In this document: in pieces, positions 9,456-18,763 of the stretch
Numbering within the stretch: position 1 is the first letter of the stretch
Layout of the letters: every line of letters begins with the position of its first letter
Virus record (IMG/VR): IMGVR_UViG_3300047383_000862
Length of the DNA stretch: 55,105 nt
Strand: one strand, 5' to 3'
Origin: an uncultured virus (IMG/VR IMGVR_UViG_3300047383_000862)
Lineage: Duplodnaviria > Heunggongvirae > Uroviricota > Caudoviricetes
Made by a program: the position numbers and the translations under genes
The notes under the pieces: generated by a model
Told to the model about the DNA's origin: nothing
The model's input: the letters and a program-made list of their open reading frames with translations, nothing else
The model's database searches: none

Positions 9456-11352
9456 GTTGTGTTTTATATTCTATTTTATCTCTTCCTTGGTGACAATAAC
9501 GAAATGCTCCTGAGGACGCATCTGATGGATAATAAACTACATCAAACAAATTCTTACCTTCTTTTTCTCTTTCTAGGGCAATGCAATCAAAAAGATCTTC
9601 CGAAACAGGTAAACTTTTGTATACGTATGGATTGCCCTTGAGTATGTCTAGACTGTTTTCAGGAGCAAAGAAATAAATGTTATAATCTTCATACAATCTA
9701 TTTATTGATGGTAGTAAAGATGTGCAAAGAAATGTTTCTGTAGCATTTTCGTTTACAACTATAGCAATTTTTTTAGAAGCATCTTCTCGCAGAATTCTAT
9801 CAATAGAGTCTACAATTTCTTGGTTTTCTTTATTTGCTACTGAAATGAAATAATTATGGATGCTTTTTCTTGAACCCCCTTGCTCCATTTTTGCCATCCA
9901 ATGTTTTACGCCGTCATTATTTTCATTAACGTCTCTAATTAAAATATTTTTATAAAGGTCTATAATCCACTCTAAATTATCTTCTATATTTTGTAATGGG
10001 TAATTGTTGTTTCTTTTTTTATTGTGAGGTTTAATGTCAAAATTGTATTCAATTTCAGGGCAAGAATCAATAAACTCTTCTACTTGCTTACCTATAACTT
10101 CTATTGAAAAGTTTTGCAAGACGAACTCGCGAGCAGCCTTACCTTTTTCAACTAAATCTTTGTCATTCATTTTATAAACTTTATTTAATTGTTTATAAAT
10201 ACTGAAAGGGTCTGTGGTAGCCTTAATAAATTGCGTACCAGGTTCTCTGTATTCTTTCCAGTTAAGGGGTAAGCCGCCGCTTTCTTCAGTGCAACAGTCT
10301 TCTCCACAGCTGTAATTAGTTACCAACGTAATCAATTCGGTTAATTTAGCTTCTTGAATAGGTATTTCTTGACCGCCAGATGTAAAGGGGTGGCAATAAA
10401 CATCCATTAAGTTATAAACTTGATTTAATTGATCCTCAGACACGCCAGCATTAACACTGGTAGTATTTTGAGTTTTTTCTGAGCCGCAAAACTTGCAATT
10501 TTGTTGTTGACCTACAAATGGTTTGACTTCATAGTTTTTGCATTTAGAGCAATAGTAGGTGGTTAAAACCAACGATGGATCTATTTCTTTTTCTTTCAAA
10601 AGCCTAGGTATATCCCAGCCTTCTGACCAGTTTGTATGAAGCAAAAGTTTAGCTTTAGATTCGGGATTTTTATCTCTGAATATTTTAAAGCCATCTAACA
10701 AATTAGGAACGCTTTTCCGTAATTGATTTCTAAATACGAAACCTATAATAAATTCTTTTTTGTCTATCCCGAATGCAGATCTTAACTTTAGTTTATCATC
10801 TTTATTTAATTTAAAAAATTGATCTGTTTCTAAAGATCCTCGTACCATTTTAACGTGATCATGTCCGAGCTCTTTCATAGCTTTTTCTGCGAAAGATGCC
10901 CAGACAAAATAGTTTTTAATTCTAGGAGCCGCATTAACTGCTTCGGGCAGAATAGGTAAACTATCAAGAGTTGTCCAAACTGCATGATTAATTTTATCCC
11001 ACCAGGGCTTTTCCCAATAGCCGCTAAAAGCCCATATATCTTCTATACCTATATAGACATCAGGCTTTTCTTTTTCTATAACTTCATCTATCATAATGCC
11101 CCCGTAACCCAACTGACGCTTTAACTTGGGGTCTCTTGCGGCTTTTTGGGTAGCTATGTCGCTATCAGGCGCAGAGCCATAAGTTTTCCAGGGCATTTTT
11201 GATAAAGAAGAGTCTGACCACTTTCTGCCGTTAGCAAATTCTACTAATTCATACTTGCCTGTTTTTTGCAAATAAATTAATAAATTTTTAGCATGCTTAC
11301 CAAAGCCTGTGAAAGCTTTTGAGTGATTGCTATGAATAAGAACTTTCTTCAT
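9442..11352 (-). CDS. GT4-like glycosyltransferase with Zn-ribbon insert, DUF4214-like domain and GT9 N-terminal half
   Basis: TGFG, VFRNQLRK, YNLMDVYCHPFTSGGQEIPIQEA; CSKC...CKFC; LYKNILIR...DGVKHW; KIAIV....ETFLCTSLL..I..LY....I.F......ILKGNPYV. Confidence 0.8.
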   Translation of the reverse strand: MKKVLIHSNHSKAFTGFGKHAKNLLIYLQKTGKYELVEFANGRKWSDSSLSKMPWKTYGSAPDSDIATQKAARDPKLKRQLGYGGIMIDEVIEKEKPDVYIGIEDIWAFSGYWEKPWWDKINHAVWTTLDSLPILPEAVNAAPRIKNYFVWASFAEKAMKELGHDHVKMVRGSLETDQFFKLNKDDKLKLRSAFGIDKKEFIIGFVFRNQLRKSVPNLLDGFKIFRDKNPESKAKLLLHTNWSEGWDIPRLLKEKEIDPSLVLTTYYCSKCKNYEVKPFVGQQQNCKFCGSEKTQNTTSVNAGVSEDQLNQVYNLMDVYCHPFTSGGQEIPIQEAKLTELITLVTNYSCGEDCCTEESGGLPLNWKEYREPGTQFIKATTDPFSIYKQLNKVYKMNDKDLVEKGKAAREFVLQNFSIEVIGKQVEEFIDSCPEIEYNFDIKPHNKKRNNNYPLQNIEDNLEWIIDLYKNILIRDVNENNDGVKHWMAKMEQGGSRKSIHNYFISVANKENQEIVDSIDRILREDASKKIAIVVNENATETFLCTSLLPSINRLYEDYNIYFFAPENSLDILKGNPYVYKSLPVSEDLFDCIALEREKEGKNLFDVVYYPSDASSGAFRYCHQGRDKIEYKTQHAHT

Positions 11353-11921
11353 TAAAAAGGAGGGTCTTCAGATAAATTTTCAGGAGGAGTATTGTTGGTT
11401 TTGTTTTTATCTAAATTTTCTGATTTTGATTTAAAGAAATCAATTAAATAATTTTTAAGAAACTCTTCAATTACTCTTACCTCCCCTGGTTCAATTGAGA
11501 TCTTGAAACTTTGATTTCCGTTTCTTGTAATTGTTAAGCCAAAAGCGCTGACTATTACGCTTGTTTCCTCAAAGGTTTTACTTTTAGGATTATATTTAGA
11601 AATTTTTCTTTGCTTGTCCCATGGGGTAAATTTAATTACTGTTTGATTGTCGTCGAATTTATGAAAAGTAGAATACTCTACCCGATCTTTTATTGAGTTT
11701 AAAATTTCGCCACACTCAAATTCATTTAACTTAATGTTAATTGTTTTATCTGGGTTTTTTGCATTTTCGCTAAAAGAACCTAGCTTCCTTGAGTCATCCC
11801 AGCTATGCTGTTGAATTGCGCCTATATAAAGGGCGGGTACATTATATTTTCCTGAACCGACCCTTAAGTTGACTGCGGTTCCAGTGTTTTTACTATTTGG
11901 TTTATAAAGCGCTATACTCAT
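11352..11921 (-). CDS. Putative Whirly-like ssDNA-binding protein
   Basis: LYK, KLNEFECGEIL, STFH, FKISIEPGEVRVI pattern; acidic tail EDPPF; promoter TTGAAT-16-TATAAT (11927-11954). Confidence 0.5.
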   Translation of the reverse strand: MSIALYKPNSKNTGTAVNLRVGSGKYNVPALYIGAIQQHSWDDSRKLGSFSENAKNPDKTINIKLNEFECGEILNSIKDRVEYSTFHKFDDNQTVIKFTPWDKQRKISKYNPKSKTFEETSVIVSAFGLTITRNGNQSFKISIEPGEVRVIEEFLKNYLIDFFKSKSENLDKNKTNNTPPENLSEDPPF

Positions 11922-11961
11922 GAATTATTATATATGAATCTAGCAAAAATTCAATATATAA

Positions 11962-13119
11962 TTAGCCGTATAATAATAACTCTTTAAAAGGTAAATCTTC
12001 AAATCCATTATACTCTTTAAATCTATTTTTAAAAGAAAAATCGTTATCCCTAATAATGTTCAAAAATCTACTTTTTAAATGATTTAGTTCAGAGCTTCGA
12101 CTTTTAAATTTTCGGATTGGGTTAGACTGAAACAAAACAACAGGTTGAAAATTATTTTCATAAAGGAGAAACATAATTCTTTGTACCGTGTTTAAAAATC
12201 TGATATCTACAGAATAATCAATTTCTTTGGAACTCAATTTTTCATATAAAGATTTAAGTTCATAAAAATTATTTAAATTAAAAAATCGCTGAATATCTTC
12301 CTTCTCTAGCGAAAGCCTATGATAGGAAGAAAGGAGGTCTATTGCTGGCGGGCCTATAATCGCTTTATGAAAATTTATGAATTTAAATTTTTCATCTGAA
12401 TTGGGTTCAAATAAAACGCTAGACTTACATAAATTATTATGTAATAAAACAAAATCATTTTTATCTAATTTAGAACATATTTCCAGGCATATTTCTTCAC
12501 ATTTAGTTATAAAATCAAAAGTAGATGTATCTACATCTTCTCTGAAGATAAAATCAAATAAATTTTCTTCATCAAAAAGAACATTTGAAATAAAATCATT
12601 TATAAGTATGTCTTCATGATTTGATATGCCTAATGCATTTTTAATGCTGTGTACATGTTGTAATTGTTTAACAAAAGATTCTTTGTTTTCGTCCCACCAG
12701 AATTGAGGATTAGAGCTGTTTAAGTTATTTAATGATCCTTCCATTGTTGTGAGCAAAAAACTTATGTCGGTCTCGGACTCGGCATCTTTAAAATATATAG
12801 GCCGAGGAGCAACACTTGTCGATTCTAATTGCCGCAAAATTTTATACTCTTTACTTAGATCAATCCCATCTTCAGTTAGGGAAAATTTTCCTACATAACT
12901 CTCATCTCCAGGCTTTGAAAAACAGACACTTAAGTAAGTTTTGTTTGTGGTGGGAGCGCTGACTCTAAAATTTTCTTCGAATAAAAATTTTATCTCTTTA
13001 GGTATATCATTCTCGGAGAAATTAGATTTAAAATAATCTACATATTGAGTTACGAAAGAGTATGAGTCTGGCTCAAATTCTTCTTCAAACGCTTTAATAT
13101 AATCTGATTGCTCGTCCAT
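11962..13119 (-). CDS. APH/choline-kinase-fold protein, apparently catalytically degenerate
   Basis: YVGK...KEYKILRQL...APRP, LLHNNL..SSVLF, FINF..A..GPP..DL. Confidence 0.6.
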   Translation of the reverse strand: MDEQSDYIKAFEEEFEPDSYSFVTQYVDYFKSNFSENDIPKEIKFLFEENFRVSAPTTNKTYLSVCFSKPGDESYVGKFSLTEDGIDLSKEYKILRQLESTSVAPRPIYFKDAESETDISFLLTTMEGSLNNLNSSNPQFWWDENKESFVKQLQHVHSIKNALGISNHEDILINDFISNVLFDEENLFDFIFREDVDTSTFDFITKCEEICLEICSKLDKNDFVLLHNNLCKSSVLFEPNSDEKFKFINFHKAIIGPPAIDLLSSYHRLSLEKEDIQRFFNLNNFYELKSLYEKLSSKEIDYSVDIRFLNTVQRIMFLLYENNFQPVVLFQSNPIRKFKSRSSELNHLKSRFLNIIRDNDFSFKNRFKEYNGFEDLPFKELLLYG

Positions 13120-15541
13120 TTTTGGTAGTAGTAATGTTAATTTTCTTTTGATCGTAATTTTTTAATATAAAATCAGACAAAGGGTTTTGTAGTTCGTTTT
13201 TTAATGTTCTCGATATGAATCTTGCTCCATATTTTTTATCAAAATTTAAATTATATAAATACTCTAAAGCTTTTTCTTCTACATTGATTTGTATTTTAGA
13301 GTGCTTGAGCATTGATTTAATTTTAGATACTTCTATATTTATAATTGATTTAAAGTCATCGTCCTTTAATTGATTGAATACTATAATTTCGTCAAATCTA
13401 TTGATTAGCTCTGGCCTCATTGATTTTTCTAAATCTTTAATAGCTAAAGACTCTGCGCTTTCTGGAGAAGACATAAAGCCTAGCGATTTATTTTCTATTA
13501 TTTTTTCGGAGCCGATATTGCTAGTTGCAATCACAATAGACTTCGAGAAATCTGCAGAGTATCCAGTGTTATCGGTTAAAGATCCCTCTTCTAAAATTTG
13601 TAATAGGATATTCAAGACATCAGGATGAGCTTTTTCTATCTCGTCAAAAAGTACAACTGCATGAGGGTTTGATCTCAATTTTTCAACTAACCCTCCTCCC
13701 TCTTCATAGCCTACATAACCAGGGGCTGACCCTATAAATTTAGATATTGAATTTTTTTCAGAATATTCTGACATATCTATCGAAATAAAAGAATCTTTTG
13801 ATTGAAATAAGTGAGATGAAAGAAGTTTTGATAGATACGTTTTACCTACCCCTGTGGACCCTAAAAATAAAAATGAACCTAAAGGTTTATTGGGCTCTTT
13901 TAGCCCGCATAAATTGCGCTTTAAACAATTGCATAAAGATTTTATTGCATCTTTTTGATTAATTAACTTTCTGGACAAAAATCTATTTAGTGATTTAGCT
14001 TTTTCAATAGTAGATTCATCCATGTCTTTTATTGATATATTGCACTTTTCGGAAACTATATCAAGTATTTCTTTTTTAGAAATTATAGGTAAATTTTTTT
14101 CATAATCTTCGTCCCACTCTTTGAGCATTGACTCATACTTTTCGAAAAGCTCTTCAAGGTCTCCTGTCATAGACCCATTATGAAGGTACGAGGTGGAGTC
14201 TATCCTCTCTGATATAGTTTTTTCCAAGTCTTTTATAGCGTCAGGTATGTTAAAGTTTTTAATTTTGCATTTTGATCCTGCATGATCTAGGATATCTATG
14301 GCCTTGTCTGGAAAGTTTCCTTCATTAACATATTTTTCAGCTAAGTTAACGCAATAAGTTAAAGCTTCATCTTGGTACTTAACTTTATGGTATTTTTCGT
14401 AAAACGGGCTAATGCCTTTTAGGATTTTGAGGGTTTCTTCTGTGGATGGCTCATCTACTTTAATAGGATGAAATCTTCTAGATAAAGCTCCATCCTTCCT
14501 GATAGTTTTTTTATATTCAGATAAAGTGGTGGCTCCAACGCAAGAGACTTCGCCCCTAGCTAAGGCTGGCTTTAGTATATTGCAGGCATCCATTGATCCT
14601 TCTGCCCCGCCTGCTCCTATAATAGTGTGTATCTCATCTATAAATAAGATAGAATTTTTAAAATTCTTAAACTCATTTAATAATTTTTTGAGGCGCTCTT
14701 CAAACTGGCCCCTGTACTTTGTGCCAGCGACTAATAACCCTAAATCTAAAGAGAATATACTTTTGTTTAATAGAATATTTGGGCAGGTTTGATTTACTAT
14801 TGAGGAAGCTAGGCCCTCGATGATAGCAGTTTTGCCAACTCCTGGTTCGCCTAGAAGTATCGGGTTGTTTTTATTTTTTCTGCAAAGTATTTCGCAGAGA
14901 ATCTTAAGCTCTGCATCTTTACTAACTAACTTGGCAAAACCATCTTGCTCCGCAATTTTATTTAAATTTTTGCAGTATTTTTCAATTGCAGGATAAGATG
15001 ATTGGGATTGATGTTTAGTACTTGAGCTACTCCCTTGACTGCCTGATGATTGGCTGGGGCTCCATCCGATATTGTCGAGTCCTGATGCTAGAAATAATTG
15101 ATTATGCAACAGCACATGAAACTCTTTGTAATTAATCGATAAAGAGTCTAAGACTGAAGAAATTAGGGAATTTTTTTGTTCGAGTATGGATATTAATAAA
15201 TGCTCTACCCCAACATAAGGATGTAATAATTGCTCTGAAATTTCAATAGCTGAAAATATAACTTCTTTGCAATCTTTAGAAAAATGTATATTAAAATTAC
15301 TATTTCTATCTATTGATTTTACCTTTTGAAGATTTGCAGAAACGCAAGTGATGGCTTCATCAATAGTTATAGAATAAGTCGCCAGTAAGTCGGGTATTAC
15401 GCTAAATTGATTACTAAGGATGCAGGAAAACAAATGAATCGGCTCTACTGAATCATGTCTTAATTTTGAGCATAATTTTTTAGACTCATTGATGATGGCT
15501 TGACACCTTGGTGTGAAATTGGCTTGAGGTTCTGCGCTCAT
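13094..15541 (-). CDS. clpC: ClpC/ClpA-type AAA+ unfoldase
   Basis: Two Clp-N repeats (HPYVGVEHLL); KNNPILLGEPGVGKT; FIDEIH; GSTGVGKT; GSAPGYVGY; FDEIEKAH; LGF ClpP-docking loop; GTGTAA at 15557-15562. Confidence 0.92.
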   Translation of the reverse strand: MSAEPQANFTPRCQAIINESKKLCSKLRHDSVEPIHLFSCILSNQFSVIPDLLATYSITIDEAITCVSANLQKVKSIDRNSNFNIHFSKDCKEVIFSAIEISEQLLHPYVGVEHLLISILEQKNSLISSVLDSLSINYKEFHVLLHNQLFLASGLDNIGWSPSQSSGSQGSSSSTKHQSQSSYPAIEKYCKNLNKIAEQDGFAKLVSKDAELKILCEILCRKNKNNPILLGEPGVGKTAIIEGLASSIVNQTCPNILLNKSIFSLDLGLLVAGTKYRGQFEERLKKLLNEFKNFKNSILFIDEIHTIIGAGGAEGSMDACNILKPALARGEVSCVGATTLSEYKKTIRKDGALSRRFHPIKVDEPSTEETLKILKGISPFYEKYHKVKYQDEALTYCVNLAEKYVNEGNFPDKAIDILDHAGSKCKIKNFNIPDAIKDLEKTISERIDSTSYLHNGSMTGDLEELFEKYESMLKEWDEDYEKNLPIISKKEILDIVSEKCNISIKDMDESTIEKAKSLNRFLSRKLINQKDAIKSLCNCLKRNLCGLKEPNKPLGSFLFLGSTGVGKTYLSKLLSSHLFQSKDSFISIDMSEYSEKNSISKFIGSAPGYVGYEEGGGLVEKLRSNPHAVVLFDEIEKAHPDVLNILLQILEEGSLTDNTGYSADFSKSIVIATSNIGSEKIIENKSLGFMSSPESAESLAIKDLEKSMRPELINRFDEIIVFNQLKDDDFKSIINIEVSKIKSMLKHSKIQINVEEKALEYLYNLNFDKKYGARFISRTLKNELQNPLSDFILKNYDQKKINITTTKNGRAIRLY

Positions 15542-15563
15542 AATATATTATATATATTACACT

Positions 15564-18140
15564 CTATTTTAAATCACTAAGTTTCATATAAATTCTATCA
15601 TCCATTATAGACATTCTGTCTACAAAGATAATATCATCACTCTTTTCTCCTACTATAATAACAATATTGTCTTTTTTAGGAGTAACACCTCCCGAATCTT
15701 TATACTTAGTTAAATTAGGGGTTCTGAAATCACCTATCATTGCTTGTGCTGAACCAATCTCATCATGCAAAGACATTTTGATATATTTATTACCATTCCG
15801 ACTAACTCCAGATAAGACATCTTCTACCACGCAAACCATTTTTACTCTTTCGCCCTTTTCGAAGGTCGAGTGTTCATAGGTATTGTAAAACCTGTTTTTG
15901 TCTGTAGTGAATACTTTTTGTAAAGTTGTAGAATAACTATAACCTAAGAGTTTGGTTTCAAAATACCAATTAGCAAACTGTTCGTAAGATTTGTTTTTCT
16001 CATAAATTTCTTTATAAGGGGCTAGTTTATTCTTGAAAGTTTGGAATCTTTTTTCTGACATAATTGGCTTGCCATTATCTCCTAGAAGATTTTTTGATAT
16101 GCATGTTGAGACTGCCGTTAATACATCATAATCAAAGTCAGGGCCAATTTGTGTAAATAAACGCTTTTCTCTGTCTGTTAAAATGTTGAAAGCTTGTGCT
16201 TCTAGTACCGTGCGGGCTCTAGATTTATTTTCTGTGTGCAAAGCTCCTGCTTGAATTAAACTGCATAATATTCCGATATTAATTCCGCATTCTTTTGCGC
16301 ATAAGAATAATTCAAACTTATTAGAAGTGCTTTCATTTTCTTTAATAAAAGAATTAATGTTGGATAGAGATTTATTGCTTACTCCCTTGATGCTATTCAA
16401 CCCAAATCTTATATTATCTTTCTCTATAGAGAAGTCCATGTTTGATCTTATTAAGTCAGGTTGTAAAAGTTTTATATTAAAAAACCCTAATTCTCTTGAG
16501 ACTTTACTTATTTCTTCTTGTGGAGATGGCTCGTATTCTGTCATCTTTAAAAGACTTAAAAAGAATTGTTTAGGATATTTAAATTTTAAATAAACCGTCC
16601 ATGCCGCAAGAGTTGCATAAGATATAGAGTGAGATTTGTTGAAAGAGTAATTGGCGCTATCTTCCGCGACTTTCCATAAAACTTCCCCTATTTCTTCTTC
16701 TAAATTTTTCTCTTGAATTTTTTCAGCAATTTTAGATTTCCATTGAGGCATTTCTTTAACCTTCTTTTTGCCAACTATTCTCCTCAACTGCTCTGCTTCG
16801 TCAAGGGTAAACCCAACCTTAACTGCCATTTTCATTAGCTGTTCTTGATAGAGAGGAATACCTCCTGTGTAATTCAAGACTTCATCAAAAAAAGGATGTA
16901 CGCTTTGGAAGTCACCTGTCCGAGTATAGTCTGAATAACTGTCCATAAACTCTAGGGCTCCTGGCCGAGCAATAGCAACAACAGCGCTAAGCTCTTCTAG
17001 GTTTGACGGTTTAATTTTTCTACACACTCGAAAGTTTGTATCAGCCTCAATTTGGAATAGGCCATGTGGGTTTTCTAGATTTTTCAGTGGTTTAAAAATT
17101 GCTTTTGAATCCAGATCAATGTTTTCTGGGGAAATATTTAACTGCTTACAAGTGTCGTGGATTACTGTTAATGTTCTTAGTCCTAGAATATCGAACTTAA
17201 CCATTAACTCTGCTACCCAATTCATATCATAGCCTGTAACGAGTGCTCCATCATTGGTTTTTTGTATGGGGCAAGCTCTACTGATTTCTTGGTGACAGAT
17301 TGCTATTCCTGAGGGATGAACTCCAGTGTTTTTATTGAGTCCTTCTATTTTTTTTGCGATTTTAAATATTTTACCATTGGAGTCCACCCATTCCTTAAAC
17401 TTTTGAGACTCATTGTAAGCTTCTCTTAAGGGAGCTACTTCGCCAAATCTTTTTGGTATATAAGAACTAACTAGATTGACGTCTTGTTCTGATAATTCTC
17501 TTACAATTTTACCGCACTCTTTAATGCAGAGTTTACCGCTCAATGTATTTAGTGTTAAAATCTTAGCAGTTCTACCTGGAAACCTATTCTCTATATAAGA
17601 AATAACGTCTTTTCTTCTTTCGTAGGAAATATCATTATCAATATCTGCCAATAAGCTGCCATCTAAATACGTGACTCCATTTTTTTCAATTTTCTTCGCT
17701 CGACTCTCGCTGACAAATCTCTCAAAAAATAAATCATATTTAACAGGGTCAATGTTGGTAACTCTGATGAGAAAAAGAACTAGAGAGCCTGCAGCAGAAC
17801 CTCTTCCTGGCCCTGTTGGAATATCATTTTCATGGCAATAATTAAGGATATCCCAATTCAATAAAATATAGTCAACGAATCCGAGTTTATCTAGAATTTC
17901 TAGCTCTGTTTTAGCTCTATCATAGTAGTCTTGTTTATTCTTAAGTTTATCTATACCTTTATCTCTAACTCCCTTCCAGCATAGAGCTTTAAGGTAATCT
18001 AAGTTTGAGCAATCAGGACTGCATTTGAGCTCTTTTTTTTGTCTTGAAGTAATATTTATCTCAGGCAGTTTTACTCCAGGATCAATACAGTCCTCGTAGT
18101 TTGAAAAGTTTTCTTTAAATTTTAAATATCTATTTGCCAT
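15564..18140 (-). CDS. dnaE: DNA polymerase III alpha catalytic part (no PHP domain)
   Basis: GPGRGSAAGSLV, FERF, DIDND, GVHPSG, KFDILGL, LFQ, YQEQLM, YSFNKSH, C-terminal OB fold. Confidence 0.95.
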   Translation of the reverse strand: MANRYLKFKENFSNYEDCIDPGVKLPEINITSRQKKELKCSPDCSNLDYLKALCWKGVRDKGIDKLKNKQDYYDRAKTELEILDKLGFVDYILLNWDILNYCHENDIPTGPGRGSAAGSLVLFLIRVTNIDPVKYDLFFERFVSESRAKKIEKNGVTYLDGSLLADIDNDISYERRKDVISYIENRFPGRTAKILTLNTLSGKLCIKECGKIVRELSEQDVNLVSSYIPKRFGEVAPLREAYNESQKFKEWVDSNGKIFKIAKKIEGLNKNTGVHPSGIAICHQEISRACPIQKTNDGALVTGYDMNWVAELMVKFDILGLRTLTVIHDTCKQLNISPENIDLDSKAIFKPLKNLENPHGLFQIEADTNFRVCRKIKPSNLEELSAVVAIARPGALEFMDSYSDYTRTGDFQSVHPFFDEVLNYTGGIPLYQEQLMKMAVKVGFTLDEAEQLRRIVGKKKVKEMPQWKSKIAEKIQEKNLEEEIGEVLWKVAEDSANYSFNKSHSISYATLAAWTVYLKFKYPKQFFLSLLKMTEYEPSPQEEISKVSRELGFFNIKLLQPDLIRSNMDFSIEKDNIRFGLNSIKGVSNKSLSNINSFIKENESTSNKFELFLCAKECGINIGILCSLIQAGALHTENKSRARTVLEAQAFNILTDREKRLFTQIGPDFDYDVLTAVSTCISKNLLGDNGKPIMSEKRFQTFKNKLAPYKEIYEKNKSYEQFANWYFETKLLGYSYSTTLQKVFTTDKNRFYNTYEHSTFEKGERVKMVCVVEDVLSGVSRNGNKYIKMSLHDEIGSAQAMIGDFRTPNLTKYKDSGGVTPKKDNIVIIVGEKSDDIIFVDRMSIMDDRIYMKLSDLK

Positions 18141-18763
18141 AATAATTTCTCGAATAATAGTTTGTTGATTCTGATATCATATAATGCATCATGCAGTTTT
18201 GATTCGTCAAAGGGTATATCGTACAATTTGCACATAACTTTTAAGCTACATTTCATTCCTCTTTCTCTAAAAGAGTTTAATCTGTATTGCCAATTAATTA
18301 AAGTTTGATTTTTATCAAATTTAATTTCTTTTAATTTAGCTTTCGATAAAGATAATGTATCTATGCATCTATTAATGTAGGAATAGTCTGTGTTCCTACC
18401 TAGTAGCTTTCTGAATATATTATGTATATAAACATCAAAACCTAGTATATTGTGTCCTATAATTAAATATTGATCGTCATAAATGTATTTCTCAAATTCA
18501 TCGAGAACCATTGTTGGGTCAACAGAAAGTTTGTTATATTTCGCTCTAGAGAATCCTGTTGTTTTTGCGGCTCCATCAGAAATATCAAGAGTGTCCCACT
18601 TGATTAAATAATCTTTTTCTGAAACAATCTTAGTTCCATCGGATACTATAAACGCAAGCTGCCAAGGTTTGTTTTCTTTTGAGGCTAAATTTAAGCCGCA
18701 AGTTTCGAAATCAAAATATATATATTTTTGTTTTTTATTAAATCTAAGAAGTTTGTCTGTCAT
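18122..18763 (-). CDS. DEDDh 3'-5' exonuclease (DnaQ-like)
   Basis: DFETCG, GHNILGFD, IDTL, HDALYD; probable start MTDKLL at 18763, overlapping the PHP gene end. Confidence 0.88.
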   Translation of the reverse strand: MTDKLLRFNKKQKYIYFDFETCGLNLASKENKPWQLAFIVSDGTKIVSEKDYLIKWDTLDISDGAAKTTGFSRAKYNKLSVDPTMVLDEFEKYIYDDQYLIIGHNILGFDVYIHNIFRKLLGRNTDYSYINRCIDTLSLSKAKLKEIKFDKNQTLINWQYRLNSFRERGMKCSLKVMCKLYDIPFDESKLHDALYDIRINKLLFEKLLWQIDI

